Shown: in pieces, positions 20,797 through 30,354 of the stretch
Numbering within the stretch: position 1 is the stretch's first letter
Layout of the letters: each line of letters begins with the position of its first letter
Source of the DNA: Salinispira sp.
Lineage (GTDB): Bacteria > Spirochaetota > Spirochaetia > DSM-27196 > Salinispiraceae
DNA: 64,000 nucleotides
Assembly (NCBI GenBank): GCA_965602015.1
Contig: OZ271918.1
Location: 1,440,001-1,504,000, forward strand
Direction of reading: 5' to 3'
Position numbers and translations under genes: made by a program
Notes under the pieces: model-generated
The model's database searches: none
What the model saw: the letters and a program-made list of their open reading frames with translations, nothing else
Told to the model about the DNA's origin: nothing

Positions 20797-22425
20797 TCAC
20801 TCGTCGTCTTCGTCTTCTTCCTCGATGATCTCAACCGTATCGGCAATGATATTTTTAATGGTGAGCACATCGTCTTCATTTAATCCGGGAATATCCTGGA
20901 TTTCATCATCTTCCATATTCAAAAGGTCGACGATTTCCAGAATGCCCTTTGCCTTTAACGTTTCGACTATGTGACCGGGAATACCTGGAAGCTCGGAGAT
21001 TAGGCTGATCTCTTCTTCCTCTTCGTATTCATCCTCTTCTTCTTCAGCCCCATAGTATTGTTCTTTTTCATCATCATCAAGGGGCTCGTCGACATCTTGG
21101 CCCTGATCCTGGCCTTCAGCTTCCGGTGAATCGTCTTCAATGATCTCCAGGTTTTCCCTGATGATTTTTTGCAGGACGTCTACGTCGTCCTCGGTTATGC
21201 CGTCAAGCTGAACCATCTCATCTTCTTCAAGGTCAATAAGATCCTCGATGTATTCGATATTGTCCCGATTGAGAATGGCAACCAGCCGCGGACTGATGTC
21301 CGGCAGCTCGGAGATCCGGGTAATTTCAACTTCGCTGTCGCTGAACAGATCATCAAAGCCCTGCTTATTAGCAATGGTAATGTCCATCTCTTCGAACTGA
21401 GCCTCGGTTTTTACATCGATATTCCAGTCCACCAGTCGGTTCGCCAGGCGGACGTTGAGACCCTGCTTGCCGATGGCAAGGGAGAGCTGATCCTCATCGA
21501 CAATCGCGAGGGCGTGCTTCCGCCCTTCATCGAGCACCAGGACCTGGCGCACCTGCGCGGGACTCAGGGCATTCTTTATAAGATCGCGGGGGTCTGTCTC
21601 GAACTTGAGAATATCAATTTTCTCGCCTTCAAGCTCCCGCACTACCGCCTGGATTCGAACACCTTTAAGGCCGACACAGGCGCCGACGGGATCCACGTCA
21701 AGACGGTTGGAATATACGGCTATTTTAGTCCGATACCCCGGCTCGCGGACGATCTTAAAAATTTCTACCGTCTTGTCATAAATTTCCGGTACTTCGAGTT
21801 CAAATATTTTACGCACGAATTCCGTATGAGTCCTGGTCAGGACAATCTGCAATCCCGATGTGGATTTATTGACCTCGTAGATCATGGCCTTGATCCGGTC
21901 GTTAGGGCGGTACACTTCCCTCGGGCTCTGGTATCGCTTGGGCAGCAGTCCCTCGGTCTTCCCGAGGTCGACAAAAATCGTGCCGTTTCGCTCCCGCTGA
22001 TAGTACCCGATGATCATTTCACCCTCTTTACCCTTGAACTCCGAGTAGAGGGTATCCTTCTGAATCTCCCGGAGGGTCTGTCGGGCCTTCTGCTTGGCAC
22101 TTTGGACTGCCACCCGGTCGAATTCTTTCGGATCTATTTCAATGAGAAGTTCATCCCCGATTTCCGCTTCCGCATTGAGCTGCTTTGCCTCATCGAGTTC
22201 AATTTCACTGACCGGATTGTACACGTCTTCTACAATTTCTTTCTGGGCATAAATCGCGACTTCGCCGTTTTCGTCATCGAACTTAACGACAGCGTTGTCC
22301 GCGGTGCCGTAGGTCTTTTTATATGCCGCCAACAGGAACTCTTCGATGGTCTGAACAACCAGATCTTCGGAAATACCTTTTTCACTCACCAGAGCCCGTA
22401 TAGCGTCTGCTAAACCTGAAGCCAT
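20797..22425 (-). CDS. nusA: Transcription termination factor NusA
   Basis: REPGYRTKIAV, DPVGACVG, GEKIDI, QLSLAIGKQGLNVRLA; start at ATG 22425 (GGAGG upstream). Confidence 0.98.
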   Translation of the reverse strand: MASGLADAIRALVSEKGISEDLVVQTIEEFLLAAYKKTYGTADNAVVKFDDENGEVAIYAQKEIVEDVYNPVSEIELDEAKQLNAEAEIGDELLIEIDPKEFDRVAVQSAKQKARQTLREIQKDTLYSEFKGKEGEMIIGYYQRERNGTIFVDLGKTEGLLPKRYQSPREVYRPNDRIKAMIYEVNKSTSGLQIVLTRTHTEFVRKIFELEVPEIYDKTVEIFKIVREPGYRTKIAVYSNRLDVDPVGACVGLKGVRIQAVVRELEGEKIDILKFETDPRDLIKNALSPAQVRQVLVLDEGRKHALAIVDEDQLSLAIGKQGLNVRLANRLVDWNIDVKTEAQFEEMDITIANKQGFDDLFSDSEVEITRISELPDISPRLVAILNRDNIEYIEDLIDLEEDEMVQLDGITEDDVDVLQKIIRENLEIIEDDSPEAEGQDQGQDVDEPLDDDEKEQYYGAEEEEDEYEEEEEISLISELPGIPGHIVETLKAKGILEIVDLLNMEDDEIQDIPGLNEDDVLTIKNIIADTVEIIEEEDEDDE

Positions 22426-22426
22426 C

Positions 22427-22876
22427 TTATTTGACCTCCTGATACACAAGTTGTGCTTTTTGTATTGTCTGCCGCCCGAGAGCTACCGGATCGGAGCCCT
22501 GGTTCTCGAGGGTGATATTCTTTTCGTTTACATCGGCAATAATGCCGCTGTGCCAATGACCGCCTTCAACCATTACCTTTACAAGCTTCCCGGTAAAGAT
22601 AGCAAACTCATAAAGGCTGGAAAACTTCCGCTCCAGGCCCGGTGTACTCACTTCCAAGGAGACTTCTTGGCTGTCGTAGAGAAGCTCAAGGCGCGGACGG
22701 ATTGCCCTGCTCACTTTCTCACAGTCACCGGTATTGATTCCCGCGGGGGAATAAATAATACAGTTGACCCTGAGGCTCCCTTTAACATTGGCAGCCTGGG
22801 CATCGACCAAATGGTACCCCATTCCTTCGACGACAGCTACAAGCTGCTCATGGACTATTCCCGGATGTTCCTGCAT
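22427..22876 (-). CDS. rimP: Ribosome maturation factor RimP
   Basis: DCEKVSR, LEVSTPGLER; first gene before nusA. Confidence 0.93.
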   Translation of the reverse strand: MQEHPGIVHEQLVAVVEGMGYHLVDAQAANVKGSLRVNCIIYSPAGINTGDCEKVSRAIRPRLELLYDSQEVSLEVSTPGLERKFSSLYEFAIFTGKLVKVMVEGGHWHSGIIADVNEKNITLENQGSDPVALGRQTIQKAQLVYQEVK

Positions 22877-22986
22877 AAAACCCTTTAGTTAAACACGCCC
22901 CGCCTGGCTACCTGCACATAACGGCGTTGTTGCCGGCACAGCTGCATCCAAACAACTGATTATTCACATACAAGAGACCACTGCAT

Positions 22987-23015
22987 AAAAAAAGAGTCGG
23001 AGGTGCCGACTCTTT
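22987..23015 (-). terminator. Terminator hairpin in the rimP leader (candidate attenuator)
   Basis: Minus strand AAAGAGTCGG-CACCT-CCGACTC-T7 between promoter and rimP start. Confidence 0.8.
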
Positions 23016-23044
23016 CACGATGCGGTATCTCAAATGTCAAAGTA

Positions 23045-23073
23045 AATATAGCATAGGGGAAATTCCCTGTCAA
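23045..23073 (-). promoter_or_regulatory. Sigma70 promoter of the rimP-nusA-infB operon
   Basis: TTGACA-17 nt-TATATT with TG at extended -10. Confidence 0.8.
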
Positions 23074-23178
23074 TTCACGAGATCCCCGATCTGGTAACCC
23101 GGGTGTTCAATAGCGGTGCAATCACGAGTATGGTCAAGGAATATTGTGCACGAATTACTCACGCATTTGTCGAATGGC

Positions 23179-23901
23179 TCAATCGCTGAGAAAGGCAGCG
23201 GCGCTTACTTTTTTCCTGCCGGAATCTCGAAGAAGGCCCAGACAGGCTTTTAAGCTGGAACCTGTGGTCATTACGTCATCGAGAAGAAGGAAGTAGCAGT
23301 CTTGGGGTATTGTGCATAATTGGCGATGCCGCAGCGCGAATGCGTTCGGGGCGTGAGCAATTCGCTCCTCGCGGTTGAGTGATTTCTGTTGGAGCTGTGA
23401 CCGCCGTCTGAAAAGATCTTTGATGGTAAAACCCAGTTCAGGCAGTTCCCGACCAAGGATCTTTGAGATGCTGCGGCATATTAGCTTCATGTGGTCATAC
23501 CCGCGAAGAGCCACTCCCGAACGGCTGCCCGGCGGCCAGCACAGGCAAACAGTCCTGATGTGCCTTCGCTCCTTTATGGCCCTGCACAGTGTTATTACGC
23601 CGGGCGCCATTATTGCGGCAATAACCCGGTGATGACCGGGCCTTCTTCCCTTTTTGTAATCGATGAGCAGCTTCGCCAGGTCTCCGGTGTAAAATCCCAG
23701 GTACAGCGTGTCTCTTCCGTCGTCCTGGTCCAGGACTTCCTCCCGGGAAAAGAGATCAAGGCGGCTATGGCAACCGCCGCATATTCCCCCGGGCACCCGT
23801 TCGAGACTCAATACCTCGCTGCACAAAAGACATGACCGGGGCAGCAAATAGTGCATGATTCCAAGGCTGATTTTCCATAACTGACAGATGCGATTTTTCA
23901 C
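23179..23901 (-). CDS. comF: ComF family phosphoribosyltransferase-like protein
   Basis: CLLC/CGGC zinc ribbon, RGYD, QKSLNREER, LLLDDVMTTGSSL; start uncertain. Confidence 0.85.
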   Translation of the reverse strand: MKNRICQLWKISLGIMHYLLPRSCLLCSEVLSLERVPGGICGGCHSRLDLFSREEVLDQDDGRDTLYLGFYTGDLAKLLIDYKKGRRPGHHRVIAAIMAPGVITLCRAIKERRHIRTVCLCWPPGSRSGVALRGYDHMKLICRSISKILGRELPELGFTIKDLFRRRSQLQQKSLNREERIAHAPNAFALRHRQLCTIPQDCYFLLLDDVMTTGSSLKACLGLLRDSGRKKVSAAAFLSD

Positions 23902-23947
23902 ATAAGATGTACTGGAGAAGAGGTCGTTTTACTTTACCTGATTTGCA

Positions 23948-26560
23948 TCATAAAGGATCGGCGAGGTTTTTTTTCATCCTGCTGAGGTGATTCAGCGCTT
24001 CCAGGGGCGTGATGGCATTAAGATCGAGATGAAGGATTTCCTGAATAACCATTTCGTCCTGGCCGAAGAGTCCGCGTTGGCGGCTTTTTGCCGGTATTAC
24101 CATGCTTTTTTTGCCCGCCTTCTCCTGGCTTATGACGAGGGATCCGCTGGCCGACAGAATCTCTTCGAGGATCTCGCCAGCCCTGAAAATAACTTCATCG
24201 GGAATGCCGGCAATCTGCGCCACATGGATTCCGTAGGAATTGTCCGAGGGACCGTCGATCACTTTATTCAGGAAGACGATGCCGCCCTCGCTCTCGTCTA
24301 CTGCCAGAGAGCGATTGCGCAGACTGGAATGCTGTAACTCGGATAACTCGTGAAAATGGGTAGCGAACAGCGTGCGGCATTGGACGTGATTGAGGATATA
24401 CTCGCAGACGGCCCAGGCGATGGAAAGCCCGTCCTGGGTGCTGGTTCCCCTGCCCACTTCATCCATAATCACCAGACTTCGCGGTGTCGCCTGCCTGAGG
24501 ATGTGAGCGGTCTCATTCATTTCCACCAGGAAAGTGGATTCTCCCCTGGCGAGATTGTCGCTGGCGCCTACCCGGCAAAAAACCCGATCGCAGATTCCCA
24601 CACGGACTTTTTCCGCCGGTACAAAGCTACCGATCTGAGAGAGTATGGCAATTAAGGCGTTCTGCCGCAGATATGTGCTTTTTCCCGCCATATTCGGCCC
24701 GGTTATAAGAGAGAAAAAATCCCGTTCTTTCATATTTAGGCCCAGATCATTGGGAACAAAGCCGCCGGCGTCGAGAAATGTTTCCACCACCGCATGCCTG
24801 CCGCCGTGTACAGAAAACACCGGCTCATCGGTGATTTCAGGTCTTGTATAGCCCTTGAGAGTCGCCTGATAGGCAAAACTCTGAATGCAGTCGAGTTCTG
24901 CCAGTACCCGCCCCGCCTGCTGGAGTTCGGCCAGAGACTCCCGAATGCGTCGGCGAATATCGAGAAAAAGCAGCTTTTCCCGTTCATGTATGCGTTCCTG
25001 GGCATTGAGTATCCGGTCGGCCAACTCATCCAGCTCGTCGGTGGTGAAGCGGTCGGCATTTACAAGGCTCTGACGCCGGTGAAAATAATCCGGCGCTGAT
25101 TTTGCCTGAGTCTTTGAGATCTCCAGAAAATGACCGATTACCCGATTGTGTTTTATTTTGAGACTGCCGATGCCGGTTTTTTCACGTTCGCTCTCCAGGT
25201 ACTGATCGAGCATGTTCTCACCGTTTTTCTGGGTTTCCCTTAGTCTGTCAATTTCTTCATCATAACCGTCGGCGATGATGCCGCCCTCCAGGATGCCGGT
25301 GGGAGGGTCATCCACCACGGCGGATTCTATAAGCATGGCGCGATTCTGGAGGATAGGAAGTATATCCTTGGGAAAAAAATCTGATAAACCTCCTCCCTCA
25401 AGCAAGCGGTACGAGTCGAGAAATCCCTCAATCGACTTTCGAATGGCCACAAGATCTTTTGGATGGGCTTTTTCCATACCTATCCTGCTGGCCAAGCGTG
25501 GCAAATCAAGGGTTTTGCCCAGAATGTCACGCAAGCGGTTCATCGATAGCTGGTCATGATAGAGCAGCTCGGTCCTGTCCTGGCGTGCGCGCAGTTCATC
25601 GATGTCAGTAAGGGGGTGAAGAATCCAGTTCCTGAGAAGTCGTCTGCCCATGGAGGTTCGGGTTTGATCGATGATCTTGAACAGACTCTGGTTCTCTCTG
25701 GAATCCCGGAGATTATTGACCAACTCCAAATTCTTCTGGCTGCTGCTGTCAATAAGCATGTATGAACTGGGATTCATTACCCTGATGCTGTTGAGCCGGG
25801 CGATTTGACGCCCGGCATTTTCTTCCACATACGTCAAAAGGGGGCCGAGGGAATCCAGCAGCGGGCTGCGGTCCTCTATTCCGAAGGCTTTGAGATTTTG
25901 AACGCCCATAATTACTTTGAGGAGCTCGGCAGCGCCAGTGTCGGTAAAATGCCAGTCAGGATAGCGGTTGACGACCACATCCTTTTCACCGAGCTCTCTC
26001 GAAAGCCAGGGAATACCGGCAAAAAGGCTTTCCTGGACGAGTATTTCCCTCGGGGCATAGCTTTCGAGATCTGCCCGCAATGTCTGAAATTGCGTGTTGC
26101 CCCGGTGAGAACTGAGAACCACATCCCCGGTAGAAACATCTATGAGGGCCAGTGATAAATCACCCCCGTCCTTGTTCGCTCCCGATAAACTGGCAAGAAA
26201 GTTATGCTTACCCCTTTTGAGAAGATGCTCTTCTATGACCGTTCCCGGGGTAATGACTTCCACCACATCCCGCTCGGCTATGCCCTTGCCGCCCTCAGGC
26301 ATTTTTGTCTGTTCGCAGATTGCCACCTTTCGTCCTGCGTCCAGCAGCTTGGGTATGTAGCTTTGGGCGGCATGATACGGAATGCCGCACATGGGAATAC
26401 CGTTGCGCGACGTCAGAGTGAGCCCGAGGATCCGGCTGGCCTCGGCAGCATCGGACTTGAACATCTCGTAGAAATCCCCGAGGCGAAAGAAGAGAATTTT
26501 ATCGCGATGCCGGGCTTTTATGCTGTCGTACTGTTTCATCATCGGGGTTGTATCTGGCAT
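23948..26560 (-). CDS. mutS: DNA mismatch repair protein MutS
   Basis: TPMMKQY, FFRLGDFYEMF, ITGPNMAGKSTYLRQ, GESTFLVEM, DEVGRGTS, FATHFHEL. Confidence 0.99.
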   Translation of the reverse strand: MPDTTPMMKQYDSIKARHRDKILFFRLGDFYEMFKSDAAEASRILGLTLTSRNGIPMCGIPYHAAQSYIPKLLDAGRKVAICEQTKMPEGGKGIAERDVVEVITPGTVIEEHLLKRGKHNFLASLSGANKDGGDLSLALIDVSTGDVVLSSHRGNTQFQTLRADLESYAPREILVQESLFAGIPWLSRELGEKDVVVNRYPDWHFTDTGAAELLKVIMGVQNLKAFGIEDRSPLLDSLGPLLTYVEENAGRQIARLNSIRVMNPSSYMLIDSSSQKNLELVNNLRDSRENQSLFKIIDQTRTSMGRRLLRNWILHPLTDIDELRARQDRTELLYHDQLSMNRLRDILGKTLDLPRLASRIGMEKAHPKDLVAIRKSIEGFLDSYRLLEGGGLSDFFPKDILPILQNRAMLIESAVVDDPPTGILEGGIIADGYDEEIDRLRETQKNGENMLDQYLESEREKTGIGSLKIKHNRVIGHFLEISKTQAKSAPDYFHRRQSLVNADRFTTDELDELADRILNAQERIHEREKLLFLDIRRRIRESLAELQQAGRVLAELDCIQSFAYQATLKGYTRPEITDEPVFSVHGGRHAVVETFLDAGGFVPNDLGLNMKERDFFSLITGPNMAGKSTYLRQNALIAILSQIGSFVPAEKVRVGICDRVFCRVGASDNLARGESTFLVEMNETAHILRQATPRSLVIMDEVGRGTSTQDGLSIAWAVCEYILNHVQCRTLFATHFHELSELQHSSLRNRSLAVDESEGGIVFLNKVIDGPSDNSYGIHVAQIAGIPDEVIFRAGEILEEILSASGSLVISQEKAGKKSMVIPAKSRQRGLFGQDEMVIQEILHLDLNAITPLEALNHLSRMKKNLADPL

Positions 26561-26638
26561 GGCAATTGGAGTATATTATACAAGTATAAAAAAGGGTATA
26601 TTTACGAAACGAATAGATATATTCGAGGGTTATTCCGC

Positions 26639-27118
26639 ATGAATGAATTCTGCATTAAACAGGAAGACGAAACCCTCTTTCTGCGCGGTGCCGGCAGGCT
26701 GACTTCGCAGAATAGCGAGGAATTTAAAAATACGGTTTTCACTCTCCTGAACAATAAGGGCTGCACAACGATTCTTCTTGACCTATCACAGTGCGAGTAC
26801 ATGGATTCGACCTTTCTGGGAATATTGGTCGGTTTCTACAAAAAGATGAAGAGTTGCGGATCATTTTCCATAGTTAAACCTTCCAAAGAGGCCCTGGGTC
26901 ATCTTCACAGCATGGGGATCGACAAAATAATAGACATTCAAAACAACAGCAGGTCCTTTCCCAGTGAAATGGGACTATGCGGCCGACAGCCGACCAAGGA
27001 CGCCCGAGCGATTCTCTCAGCTCACCGCAATCTCATGGAAATCTCCTCTCAGAACACCCAGAAATTCGCCGTACTGGTCAAAGCCCTCGAAAGCCATATT
27101 AAACAAAACCCCATTTAA
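26639..27118 (+). CDS. STAS-domain anti-sigma factor antagonist
   Basis: ATG 26639 after GAGGG; ILLDLSQCEYMDSTFLGILV plus C-terminal ILSAHRNLMEIS helix. Confidence 0.88.
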   Translation: MNEFCIKQEDETLFLRGAGRLTSQNSEEFKNTVFTLLNNKGCTTILLDLSQCEYMDSTFLGILVGFYKKMKSCGSFSIVKPSKEALGHLHSMGIDKIIDIQNNSRSFPSEMGLCGRQPTKDARAILSAHRNLMEISSQNTQKFAVLVKALESHIKQNPI

Positions 27119-27124
27119 GACCAT

Positions 27125-27159
27125 AAAAAAAACGGTCCCTCGCAGGACCGTTTTTTTTT
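27125..27159. terminator. Bidirectional intrinsic terminator
   Basis: A8-CGGTCC-loop-GGACCG-T9 between convergent genes. Confidence 0.9.
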
Positions 27160-27174
27160 GCACCTTATCGAAGA

Positions 27175-27696
27175 CTATCTCGAAGTGGAGCGCAGGCGCT
27201 CAAGGACCAAGTCGGTGATATCAACTTCCTGGCTCCACCAGATCAGCTTGTCGTCGTTGGCGTTCACAACGATGGTAAATCCGTTTGCTTCTGCCACAAA
27301 CGCGATGGCATTCTGCAGTTGGGAGTAAAAGCTGTCTGAGTTTTGGAGCCGCTGCTGACGATCGTAGAGCTGCCGCTGTTTAACGGCCTGGAACTCCTGT
27401 ATGTACTGTGTTTGCTCGAATATCTGTTCGTCCAGCCTTAATGCTTCACTGTTCCTACCGGCGCTCTCGGCTTCAAGTTTGCGCTCCTGCATGTCCCGAA
27501 GAATGGCAACGTGGCCGTCCAGTTCCTGCTGTATGGATTCTTTGAGCTCTTCCAGCTCCCGGACCGCCAGGGAATCCTGAAAAAAAGAGTTGTACACCGT
27601 GCTGACGTCGACAACCCCAACGGTGGTCAGCTGCTCTGCAAAGGCGTAGCCCCCGAGTACAGACAGTGCAGCAACAAGTAAAAGGGCTTTTTTCAT
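27175..27696 (-). CDS. skp: OmpH/Skp periplasmic chaperone
   Basis: Signal peptide, VGVVDV, coiled coil, VAEANGFTIV, DITDLVL; downstream of bamA. Confidence 0.9.
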   Translation of the reverse strand: MKKALLLVAALSVLGGYAFAEQLTTVGVVDVSTVYNSFFQDSLAVRELEELKESIQQELDGHVAILRDMQERKLEAESAGRNSEALRLDEQIFEQTQYIQEFQAVKQRQLYDRQQRLQNSDSFYSQLQNAIAFVAEANGFTIVVNANDDKLIWWSQEVDITDLVLERLRSTSR

Positions 27697-27719
27697 ACAT
27701 GCTCTCCTTAGGTTCAGCC

Positions 27720-30329
27720 TTACAAGCTGATTGAAAATATCAAATTGAGTCCCGAACCGGGCTGGTCAGGATTATTAAACAGGTTACCATCCTGCCATTC
27801 GATGTTACCCGCCTGATCGAAATTAAAGAGTTTGGCGAGATATATCCGAAACGGAAACTGGGGAATGCTGAAGCGCAGTCCGCCGCCGAAACCGAACAAC
27901 CAGTTCTCTGTTCCCCGGTCGAATATTTGGTCCCGCTCCTCGACTATTCTTACCGCCTCTGCATATAAATCGAACCACAGAAGCTGCTCGGAAATCGGAA
28001 GACGGAGTTCAAGCCAGTTGTTGAAGAGGGCCTCACCACCGGACTGGGTAGGCCAGCCTCGGGCAATGGTCATGCTGTTCGTCGAAAGCTCACGGTCCTC
28101 AGCCAGATACGGATCGCTGCCATAGGTAAAAAACTGGGGCAGCATGAGCGACAGACTGCTGTTTGCCGCGAGGACGAGCTTCCAGCTGAACTCCGGCGTG
28201 ACTTCCCTGTCGAACAAGGTACGGTAATACTGGAGCGTGGTGTCCGAGCGTATGAAGTTCTTGGATCCGCCCAGAAGACCGCCGGTATAGTTGAAATTCT
28301 GTTCAACCAGGTATCCGTTTTGAGGATTAAAAAAGACATCCCGGTCGTCAAGGGACAGGCGGAGCGCCAGGCTATTCTCGAATTTGAACACTCCGAGGTT
28401 GTCCCTGACTTCATTGCTGAAGGGCCGATACAGGCTGTCGTCGTAGGTCACCAGCCGAAGCCCCGATGACAGGGTTCCGCCAACGTTTCCCCAGCCTATC
28501 GGCGTGCGCCTTCGCAGACCGGAACTCAGGCTGGCCCCGACGTACCAGTTGGTGTACTGCATCCGGTAGGCGTCGTCCACTGCGCTGGAACCGCCGGCAA
28601 AGGCGTAGTCGGTTATTAGCGAATTTTCTATTATTTCGAGCGCGGTCGGAACTCCCGGAAAAGGTTCTCCGGCGGAATAGGTCGTACCCTCGTATTCCGT
28701 ATTGTCCTGGGAAAAAACATAATACCCCACAAAGGGATCGGGAACCGCATTGAGATCATTTTCATCGAATATGGGGTACAGGATGTCCTGAAGCTGGTCG
28801 CTCCTCACAGCCCGGTCGACCGTGAGGCTTGCTCCCCCGGACCACCGGTCGCCGAAAAGCCACCCGTCCTGGAAATTCAGGGACAGGGTCTGCTGCTGAG
28901 GACTCAAATTGAGGTCAGCGCCCAGGGTCTGGCCGTTACCCAAAAAGTTGTTGTCATACCACTTCACGATTCCCGACAGGGGAAAGCCGCCCCCGCCGCC
29001 CACGGAAAAACCGAGCCGGATGTCCGTCGTCTGGCCCTCTTCCAGGTTGATGATCAGATCCATGAGTCCGGGTACCGAACCTGACGGAGTTTCAACGGTG
29101 GGCACATCGGCAAAATACTGGGTGTTGTATAGGTTTCCGATGCCCTCCCGGATTTTCCCGGCGGAGAACACGTCGCCCTCTTCAAAGGGTAGCTCCCGGA
29201 GAATGACGTCGTCCCTGGTTTTGGTATTGCCCCGGATAACGATATTCTCGATATAGGCCCTGCCCTGTTCGACGATGGAAATTGTATAGAAAATCTGCTG
29301 AACGGCCTGATTTCGCTCTTCCTGAAGAGTGATCTGGTTAAAAATATACCCGCCCTGATAGTACTGATCGCCTACCGCCTGATAGCCCTGCTGGAAAAGA
29401 AGGGCATCGAGAACGTCGCCTTCCTCGAGTAAAATATTCGCAGCAAGCTCATCATCGGAGAAGAGGCTGTTTCCTTCGAAATCAACGCCTCCGAAAAACC
29501 AGGCTATTCCCTCATCGATGAAATATGTCAGCTCGAGAAATTGCCGGTTGCGCTCTTCGTCAATGACCAGCTCCTGCCGGATGTCTTCGACGACGGCGTC
29601 TATGTATCCGTTTTCCGCATAGAACTGAAGTATCGCCTGCCGGTCTAATTCGAGGTTTGATATCTCAAAGGTGCCGGCGTTAAACAGACCCTGTTCCTTG
29701 CTCTCTATGACCGCTCTGAGCCGGTTTTCCGTGGCGAAATCAATACCCACGAAGCTGATGGACTGGATGTTGGTCTGAAAGCCTTCGACGACGGTAAACA
29801 CCAGGTTCCGTCGGTTTCCGCCGGCATCGTCGAATGCAAACTCCACGCTAACGTCTGCAAAGCCCCTCTCGCGGTAGAGGGCGATTATGGCGTCCCGGTC
29901 GAGACGGGCCTGAGCCCGGGAAATAAAATCCCCGTTTTTGAGGACTACTTCATCAAGAATTGTTTCCCGGCGTATCCGTCTATTGCCGTTCAGCCGAATA
30001 TTCGCGATGACAGGGCGTTCCTCCACGGTAAACCTGATGATCAGGAGGCTTCGTTCCGCATTGCCGGGTATTGCCTCGGGAATGATCAGGTCAAAATACT
30101 CCAGGTTATACAGACGCCGTTGGAGATCAAGAAGGACGTCTTCGGTGAACGGTCTGCCGATAAACGGCTCGATGATGCCGGCAAGATCGTTTTCAGAGAC
30201 GTTTTCCAGTCCCTCGAACTGAATGTCGCTCAGCGGGACATTGAGATACCAGGTATCATCGGCCTGGGAAAAAATTGTCCCGGCGAGGCACAGCAATACT
30301 ATGAGCACGATGAGATGGTGTTTATGCAC
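27720..30329 (-). CDS. bamA: Outer membrane protein assembly factor BamA
   Basis: POTRA repeats (GNTKTRDDVILRE, NLYNTQYF), NFLGNGQ, DDRDVFFNPQNG, IARGW, ELRLPI. Confidence 0.96.
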   Translation of the reverse strand: MHKHHLIVLIVLLCLAGTIFSQADDTWYLNVPLSDIQFEGLENVSENDLAGIIEPFIGRPFTEDVLLDLQRRLYNLEYFDLIIPEAIPGNAERSLLIIRFTVEERPVIANIRLNGNRRIRRETILDEVVLKNGDFISRAQARLDRDAIIALYRERGFADVSVEFAFDDAGGNRRNLVFTVVEGFQTNIQSISFVGIDFATENRLRAVIESKEQGLFNAGTFEISNLELDRQAILQFYAENGYIDAVVEDIRQELVIDEERNRQFLELTYFIDEGIAWFFGGVDFEGNSLFSDDELAANILLEEGDVLDALLFQQGYQAVGDQYYQGGYIFNQITLQEERNQAVQQIFYTISIVEQGRAYIENIVIRGNTKTRDDVILRELPFEEGDVFSAGKIREGIGNLYNTQYFADVPTVETPSGSVPGLMDLIINLEEGQTTDIRLGFSVGGGGGFPLSGIVKWYDNNFLGNGQTLGADLNLSPQQQTLSLNFQDGWLFGDRWSGGASLTVDRAVRSDQLQDILYPIFDENDLNAVPDPFVGYYVFSQDNTEYEGTTYSAGEPFPGVPTALEIIENSLITDYAFAGGSSAVDDAYRMQYTNWYVGASLSSGLRRRTPIGWGNVGGTLSSGLRLVTYDDSLYRPFSNEVRDNLGVFKFENSLALRLSLDDRDVFFNPQNGYLVEQNFNYTGGLLGGSKNFIRSDTTLQYYRTLFDREVTPEFSWKLVLAANSSLSLMLPQFFTYGSDPYLAEDRELSTNSMTIARGWPTQSGGEALFNNWLELRLPISEQLLWFDLYAEAVRIVEERDQIFDRGTENWLFGFGGGLRFSIPQFPFRIYLAKLFNFDQAGNIEWQDGNLFNNPDQPGSGLNLIFSISL

Positions 30330-30354
30330 ATTTCGCTCCTACGGCGTTGGAAAA

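Noticed and set aside
26204..26638. Long N-terminal extension of the STAS ORF in the ORF track
   Set aside because: Overlaps mutS antisense; RBS and domain start fit ATG 26639
27720..27750. BamA ending in Leu rather than Phe/Trp
   Set aside because: The terminal strand LNLIFSISL is still amphipathic, and I recall non-aromatic ends in other spirochaete BamA proteins
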